DNA from: a virus
Taxonomy: Duplodnaviria; Caudoviricetes
Virus record (IMG/VR): IMGVR_UViG_3300031949_001708
Span: 1,936 to 65,935 of that record
Length of the DNA stretch: 64,000 bases
Direction: 5' to 3' (one strand)
Made by a program: the position numbers and the translations under genes. The notes under the pieces are model-generated. The model was not told the DNA's origin. It worked only from the letters and a program-made list of their open reading frames with translations, and made no database searches. Positions 26,155-35,040 of the stretch are shown in pieces. How positions within the stretch are numbered: position 1 is the first letter of the stretch; every line of letters begins with the position of its first letter.

Positions 26155-26430
26155 TCACTTGAACGCCTCTTCGCACCAGTCCAGGTTGCGGTTGATCTCC
26201 GCCCGCGTGAGGTTCGGATGGCGCTCGACCGCAGTTCGGCAGTCCCGCATGGATGGAATGCCGATAATGAAGATTCGGAATCCAGCGCGTGAGGACCACT
26301 CCTGCGTCCCGACCTTGGCCTGGTCAACCCACTCCTGCGTCCCGACCTTCGCCTTGGGACCGGAGTCGCCGCAACTGGCAGCCACAAGCGCAGCGACTAG
26401 AATGGCTGCGCCAAAGAATTGCCTAGACAT
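26155..26430 (-). CDS. Small lipoprotein
   Basis: Signal peptide with VAASC lipobox; GGAGG RBS; AKVGTQEW duplicated. Confidence 0.75.
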   Translation of the reverse strand: MSRQFFGAAILVAALVAASCGDSGPKAKVGTQEWVDQAKVGTQEWSSRAGFRIFIIGIPSMRDCRTAVERHPNLTRAEINRNLDWCEEAFK

Positions 26431-26592
26431 GCTGACACCTCCCTCTCGGGATTATCGGCATGAGCTAGCTGATCAACTCTTGGTGCGGAGGCGCCACCCA
26501 TCCCTTGCACCTGCTCGCTCGACGTTGGCCCGGCGGTGCCACCGGACTACATGGAGGTGTTGCGCCGGGCCTGCAGGGCGCAGCACTAGCGC

Positions 26593-26693
26593 CGGCGAGC
26601 GGTCTCGCGATGGAGAACGGTTCAAGGATGGCGAGCGGCAACATAGTGGAGAACGGGGCTTCAGTGGCGAGCGGGACAGGCGATGGAGACGAG
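26593..26693 (+). ncRNA. Orphan TIGR-like mini-array 4 (2 complete units + partial)
   Basis: Same two repeats, 8-nt spacers; 26611-26638 identical to 10319-10346. Confidence 0.8.
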
Positions 26694-27116
26694 TAAGGGC
26701 TGATGGGAGCCTTCGACGAGCCGCCCGCGCCGGATGCTGGAAGTTCGATGCTGGGCCACTACGGCCTCGTCAACCCCATGATGGCGTGGCTCCTGCGCCG
26801 GCGCCCCGAACTTCTAGCCGAGACGCCGACGGAGTTCCGCACGCCCCTGCCTCCTCCGCCGCTCTGCGGCGTGCAGGTGGCCGTCAGCGACGGCTTCACG
26901 GAGCGGTGCCGCCGGACTTCCACACGGCCTGGCCGTGCTACGCGCACGAGCCGCCCGTCGTTCGGCAGATCCGGCGCGCCACGCCCGTGATGCAGCGAGG
27001 CGTCAACAGGTCGCTCGACTGGATGCTGGAGGCGACGCGGGAGGGCAAGATGCTGGATCTTGTGTTCGATCAGGGCGCGTGGATCGTGCAGGTTCAGACG
27101 CCAGAGGGGGAAACCG

Positions 27117-27719
27117 GTGGCTAGGCGTAAAGACGACTTCTACCAGACGCCGCAGTTCGCCACGATGGAGCTGCTAGACCGCATCTCCGTTCTCGGCTCC
27201 CGCGTGCTGGAGCCGTGCGTGGGCGACGGCGCGATCGCGAGCGTTCTACGGCCGCAGGCACGCGACGTCGTGACGGCCGACATCTCCTCCCGCCGGCGGG
27301 CTGACTACCACGCCGACGCCCGGCTGCCGCAACTCTACGAAGAGGTCGGGCGGGACCACGGCCGGATCGGCTGGATCATCACGAACCCGCCCTTCTCCTG
27401 CGCCTTCGACATCCTGCGCGAGGCGCTTCAGCACGCCGAGCTGGGCGTGGCGCTTCTGCTCCGCCTCTCGTTCCTCGAGCCGACGCTCGACCGCGGCGAG
27501 TGGCTCGCGCTCCACCCGCCCAGCCGCATGCTCGTGACGCCCCGCATCAGCTTCACGGGCAAGGGGACGGACTCCGTCACGACCGCCTGGATGATGTGGC
27601 CCGGCACGCTGATTCGTACCGGAGGCGTGCCGATGCTGCGGTCGTGCCCGCCGATCGAGGTCCTGGCGAAGGCGCGGGTCCCGAGCGAGCAGGAGACGCT
27701 GCTGGAGGTGCCGGTCTGA
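27117..27719 (+). CDS. Orphan N6-adenine DNA methyltransferase
   Basis: DFYQTP, VLEPCVGDG, ITNPPF, LLLRLSFLE, AWMMW. Confidence 0.88.
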   Translation: MARRKDDFYQTPQFATMELLDRISVLGSRVLEPCVGDGAIASVLRPQARDVVTADISSRRRADYHADARLPQLYEEVGRDHGRIGWIITNPPFSCAFDILREALQHAELGVALLLRLSFLEPTLDRGEWLALHPPSRMLVTPRISFTGKGTDSVTTAWMMWPGTLIRTGGVPMLRSCPPIEVLAKARVPSEQETLLEVPV

Positions 27720-28018
27720 TGGCGACCAGTAGGGATCACCAACTCGTCGGACGCCTAGACGTCTTGGCCGTTCTGTCTCGGCCTCTCGGGCTCGAAGCTG
27801 TAACTGAACCGCCGCTCCCAAGCGCGGTCATTCTCCTCCGCGCGCTCGAGCGCTAGTCGCGCCCGCCGCAAGCGCTCCGCAGCCTCGCGCCGTAGCCGCT
27901 CCTCGCGTTCGATCTGGGCTTTGCTCGTCCTCTTCATGGTTTGCTTCTCCCTTCACCATGAACATCGGCAGGGGCGGGGCGTTACTTTAGTGCCTCGGCG
28001 GGTTAGAATTCGGGCGAC

Positions 28019-29476
28019 ATGCCGCTCCTGCTCGCCCGCCGCAAGGCCCTGGACCCAAAGGCGTTTGGCCGCGACTTCTGGGCCCAGATCCGGGAGCGCG
28101 CGCTCGAGATCGCCCGCCCGCTCTTCACCGATCTCTTCCTCCTGGGCGCGGAGCTCGGCCGATCCGTCACGCCGGCGAAGGCGGGAGCGAAGGACCTGCT
28201 GCCCGTCGATCCGGCGCTGATCAACCGCCGACTCGATGCCGTCCTTGAGACCTACCTGGACGAGTGGTGGGGCGGCCTCCAGGCGACGACCGACCGCGGC
28301 CTCCGGGACGCCATCCGGCGCGCCTCGGCTGCCGGGACGGGCGTCGAGGGCGTGATTAAGGACATCGAACCGCTCTTCGCGCCTTCGCGACTCCAGCGGA
28401 TCGCGTCGACGGAGTCGACCCGGCTCCTGGGCCTCGGCGCCCAGGCGACGTACGCCGCGTCCGGTATCGAGGAGTGGGAGTGGCAGACGGTCCGGGACGC
28501 GCGGGTCGATCCGATTTGCCGCGAGCGTCAGGGCAAACGCTACTCGATGGAAACGGCCTTCGGGCCAGCTCACGTTTCTTGTCGATGCTGGCCGAAGCCC
28601 GTCGTGCCGGAGGGCGGTGCGCCGCGCCAGGCCGCTCCTGCTCCGCAGGCGCCGCCGTCCGCGGAGGTGCCGCCTTGGCCGCGCGGCGGCTTTAAGACGC
28701 GCAAGGAGGTGGAGGCCTTCCTCCGCAAGACCTTCCCCGAGACGGACTTCGACTTCGAGCTCATGCCGTCCAAGGTGGCGAACGTGATGGGCGCGGAGTT
28801 CCACCGCCTCGCCACCGCCTTCCCGGCCGTGCAGAAGCAGCTCGTGTACTTCGGCATGAACCGGAATGTGCCCGGGCGAGCCCTGCCCTACGTGAAGGAG
28901 ATCGCCGACCGGATCAACCACTACGGCCACGCGACGATTGACGGGAGGAGCATTAGCCTTAACCCCCGCTTCTTCTCCCAGCCTTCCGAGGTCTTGGCGC
29001 GCCGTTACGCGATGGACGTCGCGATGGGCTGGCATCCCGCCATGGCCGTCCCGACGGACTACAGCGCTGTCCTGACGCACGAGTACGGTCATGCGCTGCA
29101 GTTCCTGCTCCAGGGCTCGACCTCGCAGGTTACGAGTGGCGCTCGCGCCAGCGGCCTCGGGCTCGTGCGCGACACGTTCAACATGTGGGCCGAGAAGCAC
29201 CGACCGATTCACGTCTCAGAGTACGGTGACAAGAACTTCATGGAGGGGTGGGCTGAAGCCTTCGTCGCGGGACAGAAGGGCAAGACGCCGACGAACGTCG
29301 TGGCGCGAGAGTTCGTGCGAGCGCAGAAGGCAGTGGTTAAGGCCCTTGATCCGGCGAAGTGGCGGAACCCGGGCAACCCCGTCTTCACGATGGACATTCG
29401 CCAGGACGCTGAGGCGCTGCGTCGGGCGAACGAAGAGATCCGGCGCCTGGCCGAGCAGCTTGATTTGAAGGAGTAG
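28019..29476 (+). CDS. MuF (SPP1 gp7-like) minor head protein with C-terminal zincin-like metallopeptidase domain
   Basis: RIA.TE.TR, WEW.TVRDARVDPIC, P.H..CRC; C-term THEYGH and SEYG....EGWAEAF. Confidence 0.85.
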   Translation: MPLLLARRKALDPKAFGRDFWAQIRERALEIARPLFTDLFLLGAELGRSVTPAKAGAKDLLPVDPALINRRLDAVLETYLDEWWGGLQATTDRGLRDAIRRASAAGTGVEGVIKDIEPLFAPSRLQRIASTESTRLLGLGAQATYAASGIEEWEWQTVRDARVDPICRERQGKRYSMETAFGPAHVSCRCWPKPVVPEGGAPRQAAPAPQAPPSAEVPPWPRGGFKTRKEVEAFLRKTFPETDFDFELMPSKVANVMGAEFHRLATAFPAVQKQLVYFGMNRNVPGRALPYVKEIADRINHYGHATIDGRSISLNPRFFSQPSEVLARRYAMDVAMGWHPAMAVPTDYSAVLTHEYGHALQFLLQGSTSQVTSGARASGLGLVRDTFNMWAEKHRPIHVSEYGDKNFMEGWAEAFVAGQKGKTPTNVVAREFVRAQKAVVKALDPAKWRNPGNPVFTMDIRQDAEALRRANEEIRRLAEQLDLKE

Positions 29477-29500
29477 CGTGCCAAGAGCGATAATGCGGCC

Positions 29501-29785
29501 ATGAGTGCGGGAGCACCGATCTGCGCTGGCTGCCGCCGGCTCCACAAGGTGGAGTACGAGGTGCGGCTGTCCTGCGCCGCCTTCCCCGATGGCATCCCGG
29601 ACGACATCCTGACGTCGCGGGCGGACCACCGCAAGCCACACGCCGGCGATCACGGTCTGACCTTCCTGCCGAAGAGCGGCAAGAGCGCGACGGCCGCGGC
29701 CGAGATCGTCCGACTCGCGCAACTACCGCAGCCCACGGGTCGGGACCGGGGCCGCCGGGCCCGCACGGGCCAGGTGGTGGTGTAG
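29501..29785 (+). CDS. Small Cys/His protein downstream of MuF, putative immunity protein
   Basis: C..C..L..C.AFPDGIP..I.....DH..P..GDHG..F. Confidence 0.7.
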   Translation: MSAGAPICAGCRRLHKVEYEVRLSCAAFPDGIPDDILTSRADHRKPHAGDHGLTFLPKSGKSATAAAEIVRLAQLPQPTGRDRGRRARTGQVVV

Positions 29786-29787
29786 CG

Positions 29788-30216
29788 GTGCCGCTCGATC
29801 TAAAGGCGATCCTGCCGAAGAAGTCGCTCGTGCCGCCCGGGAGCGAGGTTCAGCGCGGGATCGACCGCTGGCTCCGGGACTTCGCCAACGCGACGGTGGC
29901 GGAGATGCAGGACTACCCGCCGGCGCAGCCGTGGAAGTCCCGGCCACCGCGGCGCGGTCCTCGCGCCGGCGGCCGCCGGACGGGCAACCTCGGCCGCATG
30001 TGGGGCACGTCCATCAGCTACACGCGCAACAGCGTCACGATCGTCAACCGGACGCGCTACGCCGCATACGTCCAGGGGCCGCGGGACCGGCGCAAGGGCG
30101 TGCCGCAGGCGAGGGCCATGCGGAAGCGCGGCTGGCAGTCGGTCCAAGACGTCGCGCCGAAGCTGGCGAAGCGCTTCAAGCCCGTGCTGCTGCGGACGCT
30201 CAGAGGCACACGATGA
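29788..30216 (+). CDS. Putative HK97-gp10-like neck/tail-completion protein
   Basis: Basic; RTGNL.R.W..YAAYVQG..RGW. Confidence 0.55.
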   Translation: MPLDLKAILPKKSLVPPGSEVQRGIDRWLRDFANATVAEMQDYPPAQPWKSRPPRRGPRAGGRRTGNLGRMWGTSISYTRNSVTIVNRTRYAAYVQGPRDRRKGVPQARAMRKRGWQSVQDVAPKLAKRFKPVLLRTLRGTR

Positions 30217-30230
30217 AGGGGAATTAGCTA

Positions 30231-30494
30231 ATGGCAACGAACATGGGCAAGATCGTTCACTTCCGCTTCCCGGACTCGCGCACCATCGGTGGTGAGCCGA
30301 AGGACGAGAGGCCAGCCCTTATCGTTCGGGAGTGGACTCCCGAGCTCGTCCAGCTCCAGGTCTTCTTGGACACCGACGCGGAGGGCCGACACAACGACGG
30401 CAGCAGCCACGGCCCAATTGAGTGGCGCACCTCAGTCGGTCACGGCCCGAACGCGGACCAGTGGCACTTCGTGGAGGAGTGCCCATCAGCTTGA
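30231..30494 (+). CDS. Conserved phage hypothetical protein
   Basis: G.IVHF..RPA.IV..W..LQVF.D. Confidence 0.6.
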   Translation: MATNMGKIVHFRFPDSRTIGGEPKDERPALIVREWTPELVQLQVFLDTDAEGRHNDGSSHGPIEWRTSVGHGPNADQWHFVEECPSA

Positions 30495-30520
30495 CGTCCT
30501 GAGGGACAAGGCACTAGGAT
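30491..30520 (+). promoter_or_regulatory. Sigma70-type promoter
   Basis: TTGACG-18nt-TAGGAT. Confidence 0.5.
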
Positions 30521-30574
30521 AGGGCCGGCCGCACGGCGGGACGAGCCTCGCGGACTAATCACTGGAGGCTCGCC

Positions 30575-30793
30575 ATGCAGAACATCATCGTCGGCCGCTA
30601 CACCCACCCCACGACCCGGAAGTACTGGCAGGGCTGGATCGAGCCCGAGGATCGGTCGTGGATCATGTTCGTCGAGGCTGATGGGCGACCTGTCGTCTAC
30701 CTTGACCGAGAGGCCTCGGGGGCCGTCTACTTCGATCCCTGGACGAAGCCGGACGCCCTCGTCCGCATGCGCGAGGACGACCCATTCAACTGA
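30575..30793 (+). CDS. Hypothetical protein
   Basis: GGAGG RBS. Confidence 0.6.
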   Translation: MQNIIVGRYTHPTTRKYWQGWIEPEDRSWIMFVEADGRPVVYLDREASGAVYFDPWTKPDALVRMREDDPFN

Positions 30794-30809
30794 CCGACGG
30801 TTAACACGC

Positions 30810-30839
30810 TTGACAGCGATGTAACGCCGCGCCTACGCT
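30810..30839 (+). promoter_or_regulatory. Sigma70-type promoter for head genes
   Basis: TTGACA-18nt-TACGCT. Confidence 0.5.
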
Positions 30840-30931
30840 CCTCCCGGAGCAGGGAGGGGGAAAGGTGGTTACGCGCCTGATCGGGACACCCGCCCCGACA
30901 TAACGCTCGTCTCCCCTGGGGTTGATGCGAT

Positions 30932-33370
30932 TTGGCCTTCGCAACGAAGCGGCGAGTCTACGTCGATGACCCAAGTGACGCCCCCCCGGGCGCCCAGCTC
31001 ATCACGGGCCCGCTCGGCGGGATCTATTGGGAGAACAACGCCCCACCCGGGCGCGTCACTCGCGGTGGTATCGCGGGCGAAGGCGGGCCCGACAAGCCCG
31101 GCGGCGGCCCGGCGAAGCCTGCTGGTGGTGGGGGCGGTAGCGCCAAGAAGCCTGCTGGTGGTGGCGTGGCTAAGAAGCCACCGGCAGCCAAGCGAGAGCC
31201 GGGCAAGCCTTTCAAAGACGCGAACGACGCCAGCCTGCCGGAGCGAGTCAAGAAGGAACCACCCGAGCGCCGGGAGCTCTTTGTCCGGACGTTCAACGCC
31301 ATCTTGGAGGCCGGAGGCGGCGAGATCGATGCTGCTCGGCTTGCCATTGAGAAGCTAGGGGAACCGGCGAAGCGCCAGGCGGAAGCCAAGCGCCAGGCGG
31401 CCCAGCAGAAACGACAAGCGGAGGCGGAACGACGACGACAGCAAGCGGCACAGCGGACGGCCCGGAAGTCCACCATGGATCTGGGTGGCGTGAGGACGGC
31501 GATGAATCTCCTGCCGGATGAGTTCTTGAGCGACGCCGGGCGCATGGCAAAGGCCGCGGCCGTCGCGGCCCTCGACGAGGCGGAGAAGGCGGGACCGACG
31601 AAGACGGAGGGTGGCCGCCAGTACGGCGCCGGCGACTTTGCCGACGTGCCGGACCCGACGAAGCCGTCGACCTGGAAGCTCCGGCTGGGCGACAAGCCCG
31701 AGGCCCCGGACGTCGTGCACATCGCGGCCGCCATCACGGCCCTCTCGCCGGGCGGCTTTCGTGGCAACGTCGTGCAGCTAGGCTCGCCAAAGGACCGGGT
31801 CATCGCGAGGATCAACGCCGCCATCGGCAAGCTCGACGACGACGCGCAGAAACGGAACCTCCGGACGCGGTTGGGGAAGGTGAAGTCCATGACGATACCC
31901 GACGACGACTCTTGCCCGCACGGCTACGCCCTCGACGAGAAGTGCGATGAGTGCGGGCCCGCGATGGCGATGCCGCCCTTCGGCGGCGCCACGTCCTTTG
32001 ACGAGCTGGATGCCTTCATCGAGAGCCGCGAGTTGTCGCAAGAGATCAACGAGCTGTCCTACCAGTTCCGCGTCCTCGTGGACAACACCATGGGCGCCAT
32101 GATGATGGACCCGAAGGAGAAGGCGGCGGCCGTCGCGAAGGCGGCGTCCGACTTCCACTCCCGCGTCATGGCGCTGCCGGAAGGGGAGGAGAAGGACGCG
32201 CTCCTGGACGACAGCATCGAGGCGTTCGAGATCGCGGGCCGGCAGATCAGCGCCGCGGCAAAGGAGGGGAAGCGGATCGGCAGACCGCAGGTCGGGATGC
32301 TGAAGCGCATGTTCGAAGACCTGAAGTCGCTCCTCGGGTGGGCCAGCTACGAGGACGGTGAGCCGGCGGCAGAGAAGGTGCTGGCCGAGGGCGGCGGCCT
32401 CCAGATTTACGAGAAGGACGGCGTCGTCCGGTGGCTCACGTACTCGAGCAACGCGTTCGAGGACATCGAGGGCGAACTCTTCAGCACCAAGAGCCTCGAG
32501 GACGCGGTCGCGTGGGCCGACGCCGTCGGGGAACGCGGCCCGCTCCGGCTCTTCCACGTGCCGGGCGCGGACGTCGGGCACTGCGACTATCAGGCGGTCT
32601 TCGGCCGCTTCCTCGTGGAGAGCGGGACGTTCGCCGACACGCCCATCGGGCGGAAGGCGAAGGACTACTTCCTCCACAACCGAGACAAGCGATTCGGCGT
32701 CTCGATCGGCTACCTCTACCGCCAGGGGGACGAGCTCGACGGGACGTACGACTGGCTCCGCATCCGGGAGCGGAGCGTGACGCCGGAAGGCATGGCGGCG
32801 AATCCCTGGACCGAATTCACCGTAGGGGGTGACGTTATGACGGACGCACGGAAGGCAGCTTTCCTCGAGGAGATCCTCGGGAAGGACGCCGCCACCACCA
32901 TCATCAGCGAGGCGGAGCGCCGCACGAAGGAGCTGGAGCCGCTCGTGCGGCACAAGGCGGCGGGTGACCCTGACCCCACTGTCGCTAGCACCGACCCGCC
33001 AAAGCCGGCGGCCGTAGCCGTCGTGGCGGCTGCCGATCCGGAGGGAGAGGACGAGCAGGCGAAGGAGATGGCAGCCGCCATCGCGGGCCTGAAGGACCTC
33101 GTCACGTCACTCGCGGGCGTACCGGCCGCTATCGCGGCGCTCGAGAAGGACGTGGCGGACCTGAAGAAGACGGACGACGAGAAGGTCGCGGCCCTCCTGG
33201 CGCCCCGCGCCCGCGTCGCGGCTGAGGCGGCGTCTGCCAAGGCGGGCAACGTTCCGGGCGACGAGCTCGTGGAGCTCGTGACGGGCGGGGGCAAGGAAGC
33301 GCCTGGCGCTTCGCCCGTCAGCGTCTACGTACAGGACCTCATGCGCCAGAACGGCGTGCCGGTCAGTTAG
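30932..33370 (+). CDS. Multidomain prohead protease / scaffold protein
   Basis: Directly upstream of MCP; ChaB-like segment, SNAFED.EGE..LFH..SIG protease-like region, acidic coiled-coil C-terminus. Confidence 0.7.
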   Translation: MAFATKRRVYVDDPSDAPPGAQLITGPLGGIYWENNAPPGRVTRGGIAGEGGPDKPGGGPAKPAGGGGGSAKKPAGGGVAKKPPAAKREPGKPFKDANDASLPERVKKEPPERRELFVRTFNAILEAGGGEIDAARLAIEKLGEPAKRQAEAKRQAAQQKRQAEAERRRQQAAQRTARKSTMDLGGVRTAMNLLPDEFLSDAGRMAKAAAVAALDEAEKAGPTKTEGGRQYGAGDFADVPDPTKPSTWKLRLGDKPEAPDVVHIAAAITALSPGGFRGNVVQLGSPKDRVIARINAAIGKLDDDAQKRNLRTRLGKVKSMTIPDDDSCPHGYALDEKCDECGPAMAMPPFGGATSFDELDAFIESRELSQEINELSYQFRVLVDNTMGAMMMDPKEKAAAVAKAASDFHSRVMALPEGEEKDALLDDSIEAFEIAGRQISAAAKEGKRIGRPQVGMLKRMFEDLKSLLGWASYEDGEPAAEKVLAEGGGLQIYEKDGVVRWLTYSSNAFEDIEGELFSTKSLEDAVAWADAVGERGPLRLFHVPGADVGHCDYQAVFGRFLVESGTFADTPIGRKAKDYFLHNRDKRFGVSIGYLYRQGDELDGTYDWLRIRERSVTPEGMAANPWTEFTVGGDVMTDARKAAFLEEILGKDAATTIISEAERRTKELEPLVRHKAAGDPDPTVASTDPPKPAAVAVVAAADPEGEDEQAKEMAAAIAGLKDLVTSLAGVPAAIAALEKDVADLKKTDDEKVAALLAPRARVAAEAASAKAGNVPGDELVELVTGGGKEAPGASPVSVYVQDLMRQNGVPVS

Positions 33371-33401
33371 CCCTCGACGAGGGAGGAAGAGCAAGGAAGC
33401 C

Positions 33402-34865
33402 ATGGAAGACGTACAGGTGCTCGACGCTCTCGTCGCGGCGCTCGCGCCGCGGATGGAGCAGTACAAGGCACGCCAGTTCGGCATCGGCTATAAGCACGAC
33501 GCCCCTGGCGCGCCCATCACGGCTGGCTACAGCCACGGCCCCGGTGGACTCCTGACGTTCCCCGGGGTGGACCCGCTCATGTTCCACACGGTCATGGGGG
33601 CGCACTCGCTGCTGGACCAGATTCCGGCGACGCCTTCGCTCTACACCGACCCGACGTACTACACCATCACGGGTGTGCGGGCCGACACGGGTTCGGAGAA
33701 GGACGGCGTCTGCGACAACGCGCCCGTGGCGGGCCTGATGAAGGCGTGCCTCGTGCATTCGGTGTTCGGGCGGTACGAGCGCGCGACCCAGGAGCTGGAG
33801 GTCAACCGCGTCGGGCAGCGGATCGACCGCGCCGACCCGCTGGACCTGCGGCTGATCGGCACGCCACTCGCCCAGACCGGCATCTTCGGCGCGGGTCCGG
33901 AAAGCCCCGCCACGCCCGCCGACCTCTTCACCAATGAGGTGGCGCGGAAGTTCTGGGAGCGGAACGTCTCGTTCCACCGGCTGCTGGGGCGCCAGCTCTG
34001 GCGCGGCAACCCGGCGAATAACGCGGGCGCCGGTGGCTACAAGGAGCTGACCTCGATCCCGATCCTGGTCAACACGGGCTACGTCGATGCCGAAACGGGC
34101 GCGGCGTGCGCCGCGATGGACTCGTACATCAAGCCGTTCAGCTACCTGCCGATCGGCGGCAACTGCTCCGCCATCGTGGCGGCCATCACGGACATGTACT
34201 ACCAGGTCAAGGACCGGGCCATCCGGACGGGCGTCATGCCGGTCCGGTGGGTCTTCGCCATGCGCCCTCAGCTCTTTTACGAGCTGACCGCATGCTGGCC
34301 TTGCAGTTACCTCACGTACAAGTGCGAGGTCTCGGGCAACCAGCGGATCAACATCGACGGGCAGGACGCGGTGAGATTCCGCGACGAAATGCGGGCCGGC
34401 CGCTACCTCCTGATCGACGGCGAGCGCGTCGAGGTGATCGTCGACGACGGCATCCCCGAGACGAACAACACGAACGACGCGAACGTGCCGTCCGGTTGCT
34501 TCGGAACGGACATCTTCCTCCTGCCGATGAGCGTGATCGGCGGCCAGTCGACGCTCTACCTGGAGTACTTCCAGTACCAGAACCCGGCTGTGCAGGAGGC
34601 GTTGGGCCAGATGGTCCTGGGTCGGATCGAGGGCGCGTTCATCACGTGGCCTCGCCAGACCAACCTCTGTGTTCAGTGGCAGAGCAAGATCGAACCGCGG
34701 CTCGTCCTCCGGACGCCGTGGCTCGCGGCTCGCCTGACGCACGTGGTCTACTGCCCGGCCCAGCACACGCGCGAAGCCTTCCCCGAGGACCCGTACTTCA
34801 CCGACGGCGGCAAGACGAGTCGGCCGGGGCCGAGCTTCTACAACATCTGGAGCAGCCAGGGGTAG
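33402..34865 (+). CDS. Major capsid protein
   Basis: Position after protease/scaffold, 487 aa, strong codon bias, terminator downstream. Confidence 0.8.
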   Translation: MEDVQVLDALVAALAPRMEQYKARQFGIGYKHDAPGAPITAGYSHGPGGLLTFPGVDPLMFHTVMGAHSLLDQIPATPSLYTDPTYYTITGVRADTGSEKDGVCDNAPVAGLMKACLVHSVFGRYERATQELEVNRVGQRIDRADPLDLRLIGTPLAQTGIFGAGPESPATPADLFTNEVARKFWERNVSFHRLLGRQLWRGNPANNAGAGGYKELTSIPILVNTGYVDAETGAACAAMDSYIKPFSYLPIGGNCSAIVAAITDMYYQVKDRAIRTGVMPVRWVFAMRPQLFYELTACWPCSYLTYKCEVSGNQRINIDGQDAVRFRDEMRAGRYLLIDGERVEVIVDDGIPETNNTNDANVPSGCFGTDIFLLPMSVIGGQSTLYLEYFQYQNPAVQEALGQMVLGRIEGAFITWPRQTNLCVQWQSKIEPRLVLRTPWLAARLTHVVYCPAQHTREAFPEDPYFTDGGKTSRPGPSFYNIWSSQG

Positions 34866-34950
34866 AAGCCACCTCCGGGCGGCTAACCGGGGGGCGGCGG
34901 CGAGCCTTCGCCGGGACAACCGTCGCCCCCCGGAGACAAATCCGGATGCG

Positions 34951-34989
34951 ACAAGAGGGGAGGCCGAAAGGTCCTCCCCTCTTGTGTTA
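34951..34989 (+). terminator. Strong hairpin / terminator after capsid gene
   Basis: 13-bp perfect stem ACAAGAGGGGAGG/CCTCCCCTCTTGT. Confidence 0.75.
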
Positions 34990-35040
34990 CCCATCGTGCC
35001 GGCGTAGACTCGCGCCAGAATATCCGGCGGAGGCACTCCC

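Noticed and set aside
26448-26480. Second end of the 25404 island (GGGATTAT...CTAGCT)
   Set aside because: Only weak similarity, wrong orientation, no TSD; better explained as the lipoprotein promoter/RBS
7763-26693. Self-targets of the guides within this window
   Set aside because: Spot checks of spacerA+revcomp(spacerB) found only partial 8-10 nt matches (e.g. near 6864, 22002, 53719), expected by chance; an exhaustive search was not possible by eye
30840-30930. Riboswitch in the leader of the protease gene
   Set aside because: Some pairing (CAGGGAG/CTCCCCTG) but no recognisable aptamer consensus
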